Source: a virus
Length of the DNA stretch: 64,000 nucleotides
IMG/VR virus record: IMGVR_UViG_3300042901_002277
Strand: one strand, 5' to 3'
Shown here: positions 54,918-64,000 of the stretch, in pieces
Layout: each line of letters starts with the position of its first letter
How positions within the stretch are numbered: position 1 is the stretch's first letter
Made by a program: the position numbers and the translations under genes
The notes under the pieces: model-generated
The model's database searches: none
Seen by the model: the letters and a program-made list of their open reading frames with translations, nothing else
Told to the model about the DNA's origin: nothing

Positions 54918-55225
54918 TGGACATGATTAAATTCCCAGTAAAGTTTGACAGAAGCGGTTTCCAGAAGCACAGCGACGGAAGCGAAGACTACTACGCCCAG
55001 CTTCTGACCATATCAATTCTTACAGAGCCAAGAACACATGTCTTCTCTCCTCGTTTTGGAGTACTTGACCCATCGTTCCGCGGAATCGACAAAGGTGTAT
55101 TTATTTTGAATGCGGCAAGATTCGTGCCTGAAGTACAAATAACAAATCTAAACACAAACATAAACACAAATGGAAATGAAATGAAAGTTGAGTTTTCGTT
55201 TAGGGTAAAAGGCGAGGTTGGCTAA
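54917..55225 (+). CDS. Baseplate wedge gp25-like protein
   Basis: IKFP, LTEP...P-FGV-DP, RFVPEVQI. Confidence 0.7.
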   Translation: MDMIKFPVKFDRSGFQKHSDGSEDYYAQLLTISILTEPRTHVFSPRFGVLDPSFRGIDKGVFILNAARFVPEVQITNLNTNINTNGNEMKVEFSFRVKGEVG

Positions 55226-56673
55226 TGGCCGCAGATTTTTCTAGATATATCGACCTAAGTATTTTCGATGCTGAACCTGGTGATATTTACTTCGATGCAA
55301 TAGAAATTGCAAGATTAACCCTGCCCGAGTTTAACCTGCGTGTTGGAACACCAGAAGACGCAATATTCCAAGCAGCAGCATATATAAGTTCATTGAATAT
55401 TGCATCAGTTAATCGACTTCCGGACAGATTGATGGAAGGGATAATTAATATTCTTGGCTACTCAAAGCAGCAGGCAGTTGCCGCTGAGGTCGATGTAACA
55501 ATAACTCTCGATTCTTATTCCGGTGGAACCGTACCTGCTGGAACGATATTTAGCTATGAGACATTGTTCGAAGATGAAGTAACAGAATTTGCTTTTCAGA
55601 CTGTTGAGACACTCGTCATTGAGGGAATTGAAAACCCTGGTGAAGAGGATGAGCTACCTAGCGCTTCTGTGACTGTATCATGCCTCAGCCCTGGAGTAAT
55701 CCCACCGATAACAACCCCAGGTACCGAGCTTAGCGTAATTAGTGCTGGAACAAACATTCTGTCTGTTGAAACTTTTGCAAACTTTGCCAATGGAATTAAC
55801 GCAGATGAGGATTCTGACTATCTCTCCAAATCTGCAACATATCTGCGCTCATTGAGCTCGGCGATAAATAAATCCTCACAGCTAGATTCGTACATACTAT
55901 CTAGCTACCCAAGCGTCGTCAGCCGAGTCAAATCATACGACCTGACTGACGGGGACACAGGACTCGGCGATATCTCTGTTCCAAGAACAGCAAATATCGT
56001 AACAACATTTCTTAATACCGAGCTGGCCACAGTTGAAACTGATGAAAATCATTTGTTCGTCATCGGAGATGTTGTTTATTTGGAAGGCTGTGGAGCTTCT
56101 TTTAACGGTCAAAAAACAGTTACTGGAACATCGGATACAACATTTTCATTTGTAAGCGCATTCTCGAACTCTGGGAGCACATCCGTTACCGGAACAGCAT
56201 CTGCCGGGATTGAAAATCCTGGCAACGTAGCCGTATTTACTTATGGTCTGAATACGTTTTTGACACAAACAGAAAAAGAAACAATACTTCTAGACATTAC
56301 AGATAGGTCTGTTGCTGGTCTTTCTTTCAATATACTTGACGCAAATTTGTTAACAATGGAGCTGGTTGCGTCAATAGTCCTCGACCCTGCGTTCGTGCAA
56401 GAAACATTGCAGGAGAATATTGAAAATAATATAATTTCATACCTGTCGCCTGCTGAATTTCCTTATACGGATGACAGAGTAAGAAAAACACGCCTTATCT
56501 CCCTGATTAGCAATATTCCTGGCGTTGTTTACGTTGAGTCCCTGTCAATAACTGGGACAAACGACGGATGGTTGCCGCAGTTCGGAGACGATATTTTGTT
56601 CTTGGACAAAGGGTCGCTTCCACTAATTTCAGCAGAAGATTTGACCATAACATACACATTGGCTCCCGAATAA
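55225..56673 (+). CDS. Baseplate J-like wedge protein
   Basis: VPAGT-F, GINADEDSDYL, ISNIPGVVYV. Confidence 0.8.
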   Translation: MAADFSRYIDLSIFDAEPGDIYFDAIEIARLTLPEFNLRVGTPEDAIFQAAAYISSLNIASVNRLPDRLMEGIINILGYSKQQAVAAEVDVTITLDSYSGGTVPAGTIFSYETLFEDEVTEFAFQTVETLVIEGIENPGEEDELPSASVTVSCLSPGVIPPITTPGTELSVISAGTNILSVETFANFANGINADEDSDYLSKSATYLRSLSSAINKSSQLDSYILSSYPSVVSRVKSYDLTDGDTGLGDISVPRTANIVTTFLNTELATVETDENHLFVIGDVVYLEGCGASFNGQKTVTGTSDTTFSFVSAFSNSGSTSVTGTASAGIENPGNVAVFTYGLNTFLTQTEKETILLDITDRSVAGLSFNILDANLLTMELVASIVLDPAFVQETLQENIENNIISYLSPAEFPYTDDRVRKTRLISLISNIPGVVYVESLSITGTNDGWLPQFGDDILFLDKGSLPLISAEDLTITYTLAPE

Positions 56674-56674
56674 C

Positions 56675-58201
56675 ATGGCTACAACAGTAAATCTTTTATC
56701 GGCCAATAGCGCACTACTTAGGTCTACATCAGCAAGCGTTAGCATCCCCATTTCTTCTTCTGGAACAGAATGGGTAACCACCAACAGCACGCTTAGCATT
56801 ATCCCAACAGAGTTCATTACGAACCTGAGATACGTATTGCGTGTTGCACCATCCGGGTCCGGCGACGTAACAATCATTCTTGACGAGCAGCTTTTGAGAC
56901 TTTCCGAGAACGGAAAAACACTATCCTTTAACGCAAAAGTAAGACCGTCATCAGAGTGCACCGTGACAGCTCAGCTCGTTGTAGATGGCGAAACAGCTGC
57001 CGAACCTTACCAGCAGACTTTGTCAGGTGGGCTATATGGCTCGATTCAGTCCAATACGGTTGTGGTTCCTGATGGCGAAGAAGCGCACAGTGTATCTGCG
57101 TCAATAACAGTATCGGGACACGGTGGTGGAAACATATTCCTCACATACCCAAACCTTATTGATGACAGAGCTTTTTACAATAATCAATATATTTCTCTAG
57201 CAAGAAACTTTATGCCAGATTTCTATTGGGAAATAGATAGCGCACAGCAGCATCCAACCGCCCCATTCCACAAACTACTAGACATACTCACATCAGCTTC
57301 TAACGAAGTTATGAATGAATATAAGGAAATCTACCCATTTGAACGTGATGAAATTACAAATGCAGTAGAACTTGCTGAACCAGTGGTGAACAGCGCTCTT
57401 GTGAACCCTGCATTCGTAAAAGATAAATACGTTAACTGGCTTTCACAATTTACAGGTTCTACCGTTCGGAAGAACATATCAAAAGCAGATGGGTCACGAT
57501 TCTTTTCAAACTACGCAGAAGAACGAGCTTTTATCGAATGGCAGCTGCTTACTTCTTATTACGGACGAAGCGCTGGGACCAGGAGCGCGCTGATTAATTC
57601 AGCCAGACAGGTTTTGATTTCCACCAAGGACGACACTGAACCAACCAAAAGCGTTTCTATAACCCCAAATTACGATGGAGATAATTGGAGCTTTCTCGTT
57701 AGAACCTTAGAGAACGAAACACCAGACGCGTCTAATGGCGAGTCAAGCTTTTTAGTTCTTGCCGCCATGGAACCAGCAAGACCGATGGGTTACAAGATTT
57801 TCCACGAGACGATTGATGAGTTTTACTTAACTCTTGACGATATTGCGTTTGGACGTCTTTCAGAGATAAGACTTGGTGTAGTTGTCGCCCCCACAGACGC
57901 CCCAGACAGCATTACGGTGCCCTCTGTGACGTCAACAACTGCAACCCTAAGATTCTTGCCCCTATCTGTTCCTGGGGGCGGAGACGGCGGCGGAATTATC
58001 TCCAACTACCAATATGCGCTGTCAACAGATGGGACAACATATGACCCATACGTTGCCCTGTCTCCCCCAAAGGGTAGCCCGCCAATAACCATAACCGGTC
58101 TAAGCAGTTCGACAAACTACTACGTCAAGCTCAAGGCAGTTAACGAGGCTGGTGTCAGTGCTGTTGAATCTACACCAGTGACCTTCACGACTTCAGCATA
58201 A
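56675..58201 (+). CDS. Baseplate wedge (gpI-like) protein with C-terminal FN3 domain
   Basis: WLSQFTG, GTRSAL, RPMG; ITGLSSSTNYYVKLKAVNEAG. Confidence 0.7.
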   Translation: MATTVNLLSANSALLRSTSASVSIPISSSGTEWVTTNSTLSIIPTEFITNLRYVLRVAPSGSGDVTIILDEQLLRLSENGKTLSFNAKVRPSSECTVTAQLVVDGETAAEPYQQTLSGGLYGSIQSNTVVVPDGEEAHSVSASITVSGHGGGNIFLTYPNLIDDRAFYNNQYISLARNFMPDFYWEIDSAQQHPTAPFHKLLDILTSASNEVMNEYKEIYPFERDEITNAVELAEPVVNSALVNPAFVKDKYVNWLSQFTGSTVRKNISKADGSRFFSNYAEERAFIEWQLLTSYYGRSAGTRSALINSARQVLISTKDDTEPTKSVSITPNYDGDNWSFLVRTLENETPDASNGESSFLVLAAMEPARPMGYKIFHETIDEFYLTLDDIAFGRLSEIRLGVVVAPTDAPDSITVPSVTSTTATLRFLPLSVPGGGDGGGIISNYQYALSTDGTTYDPYVALSPPKGSPPITITGLSSSTNYYVKLKAVNEAGVSAVESTPVTFTTSA

Positions 58202-58245
58202 ATAAAAATGATAAACTTTTCACTTAATAATAAGGAGATTTAAAA

Positions 58246-59388
58246 ATGGCTGGCTCAGGAATCAGAGTATTCGCTTCTGGAGAAATACTCACCGCAGCAC
58301 AAGTTAATGGCTACCTCATGGACCAGGCTGTTGCCCGTTTTGCTGACGCCGGTACGCGTGACGCCTCATTTGGCGGTGCTGGCCAGCCGGTCCTGACAGA
58401 GGGCCGTATTTGTTACCTCGATGATGTCAACTTAATTCAATTTTATGACGGAGCTTCATGGGTCAGCTCCTCCCAGTTTACCGTGGGCGATGGAACAATT
58501 ACAGAAGCAAAATTAGCTGCGAACTCCGTAACATCTGACAAAATCGCTCCAGGAACAGTCATTGCAGCCGATATTGCTGCTGGAACGATTACGGCAACGG
58601 AACTAGCAGATGGCGCTGTCACGTCAGGAAAGATTCTTGACGGAACTATTGTCAATGCAGATATAAATGCTTCTGCTGCAATTGCATTATCAAAACTAGC
58701 CACAAGCACAGCTGGGAACATAATTGTCTATAACTCTTCAGGTGTACCAACCGCAGTAGCTGAAACTGGAGACGTAACAATCTCGGATACTGGAGTTACC
58801 GCAATCGCATCTGGTGTCATTGTTGATGCCGACATCAATTCCTCAGCAGCTATTGCCGATACCAAACTAGCGACAATTTCGACGGCAGGAAAAGTTTCAA
58901 ACTCTGCGACAACAGCAACAAGCGCGAATACGAACTCAGCGATTGTCGCTCGTGACGCCAGTGGAAACTTTTCTGCTGGGGCCGTATCAGCAACCAGTGC
59001 ATCAGTATCAGGAAGATTTGATGGAACATCAATTAGAGAAGTTGTCTTAGATGCTTCGGTTTCTGCAAGCGTTGTTACAGCAGACTACTCAACTGGTGAT
59101 ATCTTCTATGTTGGTACAGCACCTTCAAGTAACTTTACGGTGAACCTGACTAATGCACCAACAGACAATGGAAAAGCAATTACGGTCGTTATTTTCGTAA
59201 CACAGGGTGCAACTGGCTACATACCGAATGCTGTTCAAGTTGCTGGAGCTGGTCAGACAATAAAGTGGGCAAATAGTGCCGCACCTGTACCAACATCTTC
59301 TGCCGGAAAGATAGACATCTTTTCATTTACGTTCATACGTCGTAGTTCTGCGTGGACCGTATTTGGTAGCTCAAACCTAGGTTACTAA
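58246..59388 (+). CDS. Tail fibre protein
   Basis: F-SGEILTAAQVN-YL, repeated VTSDKI/IVNADI units, TIKWAN...KIDIFSF. Confidence 0.75.
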   Translation: MAGSGIRVFASGEILTAAQVNGYLMDQAVARFADAGTRDASFGGAGQPVLTEGRICYLDDVNLIQFYDGASWVSSSQFTVGDGTITEAKLAANSVTSDKIAPGTVIAADIAAGTITATELADGAVTSGKILDGTIVNADINASAAIALSKLATSTAGNIIVYNSSGVPTAVAETGDVTISDTGVTAIASGVIVDADINSSAAIADTKLATISTAGKVSNSATTATSANTNSAIVARDASGNFSAGAVSATSASVSGRFDGTSIREVVLDASVSASVVTADYSTGDIFYVGTAPSSNFTVNLTNAPTDNGKAITVVIFVTQGATGYIPNAVQVAGAGQTIKWANSAAPVPTSSAGKIDIFSFTFIRRSSAWTVFGSSNLGY

Positions 59389-59389
59389 T

Positions 59390-60388
59390 ATGCCGTTTTT
59401 GGCTTCTGTTTCAGCTAGACAAGGCGGTTTTTTGCTCGCCAATGCTGCGAAGCTTCCTGCCCCGACATTTGGTGCGTCAACCGGAACTTCAGGCGGCTAC
59501 ACGTTCTCCATATCAAATTACGACGCGACAATAACATATTCATTTTCCGTATCAAACGGTGGTAGCGCATCGCAGGTCGGTGGAGCTGTTACGGTAACTG
59601 GTCTTGGCAATAACGTCACTGCAACATGTACTGTTACCGTCAACAAAAATGGCTGGTTAACAAACTCATCCAGCACAACTGGCACTTCTTTCTCCCAGCT
59701 AGCAACTCCGACATTTGGTGCGTCAACCGGAACTTCAGGCGGCTACACGTTCTCTATTTCAAACTACAGCGCTCTTAATACATATGCATTCTCTGTAACG
59801 AATGGAGGAAGCGCTACACAGTCATCAGGGACGGTTACTGTTACAGGACTTGCCAACGCAACAACTGCAACATGTACGGTGAATGTAAGTAGAATCGGAT
59901 TTGTTGCAAACTCAGCCAACACAACAGGAACATCATTCTCTCAGCTTGCAACGCCAACATATGGTAGTTATGCCATTGGAGCAGACCCAGGAAGATTTAA
60001 GTTTAGAGTTTCTATAGCAAACTATGATGCGCTAAACACATACACTGTTAGCGTAAGTGCTGGCTCCTTTACTCGTTCTGCTGCGGCAATCACTGTTACC
60101 GGATTGTCGGATAGTCAATCTTCTACTGTATTTGTAACCGCAAGTCGTTCTGGGTTTGCAACCAGCACTCAGGCTTCAGAAGCATTTTCCGCACCAGGAA
60201 CTCCATGTACTGCTGGAACCTTCTTATCTGGGCCTAAGTACTTTAATACATTCGGTGGTGTGGTTAATGGTTGTGCCTATAACGATGTATGCGATGGGAA
60301 CTATGGCATTGTTCTATCGTTCGTCAGTGGTCCATGCGCAACATTGAGCGGTGGAGACTACTGTAGTGGATGCTCCCCAGCATACTAG
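59390..60388 (+). CDS. Tail fibre-associated protein with three ~82-aa beta repeats and Cys-rich C-terminus
   Basis: PT[FY]G...F-ISNY...VTVTGL repeats; six Cys in the last ~60 aa. Confidence 0.7.
   Translation: MPFLASVSARQGGFLLANAAKLPAPTFGASTGTSGGYTFSISNYDATITYSFSVSNGGSASQVGGAVTVTGLGNNVTATCTVTVNKNGWLTNSSSTTGTSFSQLATPTFGASTGTSGGYTFSISNYSALNTYAFSVTNGGSATQSSGTVTVTGLANATTATCTVNVSRIGFVANSANTTGTSFSQLATPTYGSYAIGADPGRFKFRVSIANYDALNTYTVSVSAGSFTRSAAAITVTGLSDSQSSTVFVTASRSGFATSTQASEAFSAPGTPCTAGTFLSGPKYFNTFGGVVNGCAYNDVCDGNYGIVLSFVSGPCATLSGGDYCSGCSPAY
59462..59754 (+). repeat. 47-bp identical direct repeat, 246-nt period
   Basis: CCGACATTTGGTGCGTCAACCGGAACTTCAGGCGGCTACACGTTCTC at 59462-59508 and 59708-59754. 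Confidence 0.92.
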
Positions 60389-60419
60389 AAGATAGTATGC
60401 TTTTGATTAAGGAGAAATT

Positions 60420-60632
60420 ATGAGCGATAGCAAGCAGGAATTTAAACATTTTGCTTTTGTGGTTGATGGAGTAGTTGTTGAGATAATGTCAATTGCATCT
60501 AGTCCAGAGTGGAATAACTTTAATGAACTATATTCGTCAAGGCCGACAATCATTGAAGTTCCCGCAAGCCTTGAAGAATTTGGAAAAGGTTATAGGTGGG
60601 ATGGAGAAAACTTTAGCCCTCCAACAGAATAA
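60420..60632 (+). CDS. Small tail fibre-associated protein
   Basis: FAFVVDGVV...GYRWDGENFSPP; RBS AAGGAG. Confidence 0.65.
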   Translation: MSDSKQEFKHFAFVVDGVVVEIMSIASSPEWNNFNELYSSRPTIIEVPASLEEFGKGYRWDGENFSPPTE

Positions 60633-60856
60633 TGACACCTTGGCAGGAGTATAAGAAGAAACTTGGAGAAACACGTCCCTGGGATGTAGTTAATCTAAAA
60701 AACCATACAACAGAAGAAGAAGCAAATTCTCGACTTGCTGTATGCGAAGTATGTCCAAGCCTGTTAAAACTCACCCACCAATGCAAAGAGTGTGGTTGCT
60801 TTATGAAAATCAAAGTTAAATTGAAAGCCGCAACATGCCCACTAGGTAAGTGGTGA
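60632..60856 (+). CDS. Small Cys-rich protein (DUF6171-like)
   Basis: RLAVCEVCP...CKECGCFM--K...CPLGKW. Confidence 0.75.
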   Translation: MTPWQEYKKKLGETRPWDVVNLKNHTTEEEANSRLAVCEVCPSLLKLTHQCKECGCFMKIKVKLKAATCPLGKW

Positions 60857-60900
60857 TATTTAATTTTTAGACAAAATAATCTAAATAAAAATGAATTGTC

Positions 60901-61899
60901 ATGGACACTTATTCTACAAATTGGAAAAATCAACTAAATAGCAATAATAGAATATTTGTATCAATAGCTTCTTTAAATGAAGAAGACCTGCTAAATACAG
61001 TAAAAAATATTTATGAAAAAGCAGATAATCCAGATGGTGTAAGAATCGGAATTTGCAATCAAAAAACAATTGGAAGTTTTGAAGATTTTTCAAATTTTAA
61101 AAATGTAAAAACTATAAATATAAGCCACCCACTAATTCGTGGGATTGGAATTGCTAGATGTGAATCACTATGGTTGTGGGGCGGTGAGAAATACATCCTT
61201 CAGGTTGATGCACACAGCCGATTTGTCGAATCTTGGGATTCAAAACTTATCAGCTGGTATAAAAAACTTGAATGCATAAACAAGAATATAATTATTTCTC
61301 AACGCCCATCTGCTTTCACAAAAAATAAAAATGGGGTTATTAGTTATGATACGAATCTTCCAAGCGTTGAAAAGTTAAGAGAATTTCAAATTATTGATGC
61401 AATAGAAAAATTTACAAATACAAAATTTTCAAATGAATATCGAACTTCAATTTCATCAAAAATAGAGCATAATTTTATAAGTGAAGATTTCATAGAGCAT
61501 TATCTTGTTGCTGGTGGATTTATATTTTCAACATGGAAATTCTTTACAGAAGTCATGCCGGACCCGAGAATACAATTTTTCGGAGAAGAGCACACTATCC
61601 CGATGAGAGCTTTTTCACGCGGATATTCAATCTATGCAATAAACGATATTATTATCCACACCCTTGAAAAAACAGATGAATACCTGGATTCCGATATTGC
61701 ACGGGATGTTTGGCATAACATCTTCAATGCAGATATTGCATGCACTACCTATCTACACTTTATTGACTATTATAAGAACATACTTACAGCAGGCGAGCTA
61801 GGCTATTATGGGGCCACTGATATGGAAACATACAATGAATATGTAGATAAACTGGGATTTGATTATAGGAATATAAGTGGAATTGAGTTTTATGACTGA
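60901..61899 (+). CDS. GlcNAc-transferase family glycosyltransferase (Skp1 Gnt1/GT60-like)
   Basis: IFVSIAS, GIGIAR, YILQVDAHSRF--WD, AGGFIF, DP-I-FFGEE--R-F--G. Confidence 0.85.
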   Translation: MDTYSTNWKNQLNSNNRIFVSIASLNEEDLLNTVKNIYEKADNPDGVRIGICNQKTIGSFEDFSNFKNVKTINISHPLIRGIGIARCESLWLWGGEKYILQVDAHSRFVESWDSKLISWYKKLECINKNIIISQRPSAFTKNKNGVISYDTNLPSVEKLREFQIIDAIEKFTNTKFSNEYRTSISSKIEHNFISEDFIEHYLVAGGFIFSTWKFFTEVMPDPRIQFFGEEHTIPMRAFSRGYSIYAINDIIIHTLEKTDEYLDSDIARDVWHNIFNADIACTTYLHFIDYYKNILTAGELGYYGATDMETYNEYVDKLGFDYRNISGIEFYD

Positions 61900-62449
61900 A
61901 ATGATTGGAAGAGACGGCTCTGACATATTCCTTTGTAGTGGCTTGTTTGATAAAGAAGAAATAAGAGAAATACTTGATTTCTACATCTTGAATTCTGGTG
62001 AAATTCATAACGATGGAAAAATATCTGGTGAATTTCAGACTATACAGATATCTGAAAGCAATATAGATATTTCTAAATACGTAATTTCAAAGCTTGAAAA
62101 ATGTTTGTTTAATATTTTTAGAAATACATTTTCCCCAATATCTCTGCCCGACAAGAGGACTTCTATAAAAATTCAGTCAACCGGACAGAGACATCCATTA
62201 CATAGCGACTCCTCAAAGACAACTCATTCCGGGTATAACTATGGAGAGAATCTTGCCTATTCAGGAATTTTATCAATGTCCGATGACTACACGGGAGGCG
62301 AGGTTAACTTTCCTGGAGACAAAGCTTTTGCAAGGCTGGGTGCTGGCGATGCAATTTTTTTCCCATCACAAAAACATATTCACCAAGTAGAAATGGTTGA
62401 TTCTGGAAAAAGATTTACATTCTTGACATTTTGGGAAAATTGTGAATAG
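61892..62449 (+). CDS. 2OG-Fe(II) oxygenase, prolyl-4-hydroxylase-like
   Basis: LHSD, DDYTGGE--F, FFPS---HQV--V-SGKR. Confidence 0.85.
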   Translation: MTEMIGRDGSDIFLCSGLFDKEEIREILDFYILNSGEIHNDGKISGEFQTIQISESNIDISKYVISKLEKCLFNIFRNTFSPISLPDKRTSIKIQSTGQRHPLHSDSSKTTHSGYNYGENLAYSGILSMSDDYTGGEVNFPGDKAFARLGAGDAIFFPSQKHIHQVEMVDSGKRFTFLTFWENCE

Positions 62450-63482
62450 TGATTTACATAATTCAATATTAGATAAATTAAAAAACACACAAATATCAGA
62501 TGTTCAAATAGACCCATTTGGGTATTGCAATGCAAAGTGCTGGTTTTGCCCTGTTAGTACTCATGGGAATATGCTTGACTACTCCAGGCATATGGATGTT
62601 GACGTTTTGGAAAATATACTTTTTGATATTGACTCTGAAAAATCAAAAGATAACGGAATTATTTCGAAAAGATTAAGGCAGATACACACTGCTCACTATA
62701 ATGAAATTTTACTCTATAAGCATTTTGAGGAATTTTTAATTATTCTTTCAAAATTTAAACTTAAAATGCTCATACTTTCAAATGGGGTAAATTTAACCCC
62801 AGAAAAAATAGACATTATAAATAAGTATAAGGATTCAATCAGTGGAATATATTTAAACATTCCAGCTTTTGAAAGAAGCCTGTGGTCGGAAAGAACCGGA
62901 ATGAACGAGTTTCTTTTTGATTCACTAATATCAAACCTGAAATATGCTGAAGCCAACCTCGTATATTTCACACAGAAAAATTCTTTCTCTATCGGTGTGA
63001 ATTGCCCTACCTATGATTCTCTTTCTGAAAACGGAGGAATTATATCGAGCTTAAGCAATTTCCCAAATATTGATTTACGTACAACTGATGGGGAACTGGA
63101 TGTGCAAATAAAACAAGCAAAACTTTTATTCCCGTCCTTAAGGTTTCATCCAGAAACAGATTTGTACGATAGGGCAGGACTGTTGCAAGAGTCTTCGATT
63201 ATTTCAAATTTGCACTTAATTAATAAAAACAATAAAAAATACGTAACCGATTGCAGTTATGGTCCAAAAGGTCGAACTTTCGGATGGCTAAACATAAACA
63301 GCAAAGCAGAAACATTCTTATGCTGTAATGATTTTAAATATGAATATGTATTTGGGAATATGCGCGATTCTAAATTAAGTGAGATTTGGTTTAGCGACAA
63401 ACATGTAAACACCATTAATTCATCATTCAGCGAGATATGTACTAGGTGCATACATTCTGTATGGGCGGACCAGCGTGTATAG
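62442..63482 (+). CDS. Radical SAM protein with SPASM/twitch-like C-terminus
   Basis: CNAKCWFC; SNG; LCCND---FGN------EIW...CTRC. Confidence 0.88.
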   Translation: MNSDLHNSILDKLKNTQISDVQIDPFGYCNAKCWFCPVSTHGNMLDYSRHMDVDVLENILFDIDSEKSKDNGIISKRLRQIHTAHYNEILLYKHFEEFLIILSKFKLKMLILSNGVNLTPEKIDIINKYKDSISGIYLNIPAFERSLWSERTGMNEFLFDSLISNLKYAEANLVYFTQKNSFSIGVNCPTYDSLSENGGIISSLSNFPNIDLRTTDGELDVQIKQAKLLFPSLRFHPETDLYDRAGLLQESSIISNLHLINKNNKKYVTDCSYGPKGRTFGWLNINSKAETFLCCNDFKYEYVFGNMRDSKLSEIWFSDKHVNTINSSFSEICTRCIHSVWADQRV

Positions 63483-64000
63483 CGATTCCATATTTTCAAC
63501 CACATTCGCAGAAATAGTAAAGAATATAGATTACTTTGCAGAATTTTATAGAAAAAATGGAATTCTTGTATTTGAAAAGCTCAACGCATCGGAAGAAGAA
63601 CAATATGAAATACTCTCGCTTCTTGGAGACAATCTTGGATTTAATCCAAATTCATCAAATAAAAACGAACTTAAAATCTGGCTTCGTTATGAAGAAAATC
63701 ATTCCAAGTCTCTTGAGCTGAGAAATCAATTTGGACCTCACCCACTTGATGATGAAATATTAATACATTGGCACTTAGAGCACATAGAAAACGATGTTCC
63801 ACAGGTTGCTGCTGCTTGGAATATGTTGAAGAATAATGTCTCAAGCCCAAATAATGGCTCTACTGGTTTTGTGAGTTGTTCCTCCGAGAATCTCTCCACA
63901 CCAGATGAATATATTGACTTCTTGAATCGGGTGGAAATAAAATGCACCGAAAATACCGGGTGGGAGATGGGATGGGATTCCTCGGATAGAAGGGCCGTGA
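63475..64000 (+). CDS. TauD-like dioxygenase, 3' truncated by window (not in ORF track)
   Basis: Open frame from GTG 63475 to the end; NGILVF, WHLEH, AAAWNM, GSTGFV. Confidence 0.7.
   Translation, partial: MYSDSIFSTTFAEIVKNIDYFAEFYRKNGILVFEKLNASEEEQYEILSLLGDNLGFNPNSSNKNELKIWLRYEENHSKSLELRNQFGPHPLDDEILIHWHLEHIENDVPQVAAAWNMLKNNVSSPNNGSTGFVSCSSENLSTPDEYIDFLNRVEIKCTENTGWEMGWDSSDRRAV

Noticed and set aside
59390-60388. Diversity-generating retroelement target
   Set aside because: No reverse transcriptase in the window and no template/variable repeat pair with A-specific mismatches.
1-64000. Stop-codon reassignment
   Set aside because: Genes are long and tightly packed under the standard code, and TAA, TAG and TGA all end well-supported genes.

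Overview
64 kb of a large tailed phage with a contractile tail and an HK97-type head. The host is probably an actinobacterium: the phage carries an actinobacterial-style ferredoxin, leaderless starts and TGn-TANNNT promoters. In order: 3' end of a class II ribonucleotide reductase; three tRNAs (Arg-TCT, Ser-TGA, Thr-TGT); accessory genes; a ~27 kb minus-strand head module (portal, 3563-aa prohead-protease polyprotein, several large putative internal head proteins, major capsid protein); a divergently transcribed terminase; recombination/nuclease genes; two candidate structured ncRNAs; a ParB / PAPS-reductase / ParB module; neck, tail, baseplate and fibre genes; and an AT-rich hydroxylase/glycosyltransferase/radical-SAM cluster. 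The standout is the 3563-aa protein. An HK97-type maturation protease is fused to a string of cargo domains (SF1 helicase, twin sigma-region-4-like HTHs, complete ArdC, WYL-like, HTHs). These are separated by 14 copies of [L/F]-S-S-G encoded by varied synonymous codons, and an A11 run at the protease/cargo junction has stops in both shifted frames. It looks like a processed, capsid-packaged effector polyprotein. All domain calls come from reading motifs by eye; no database search was run.
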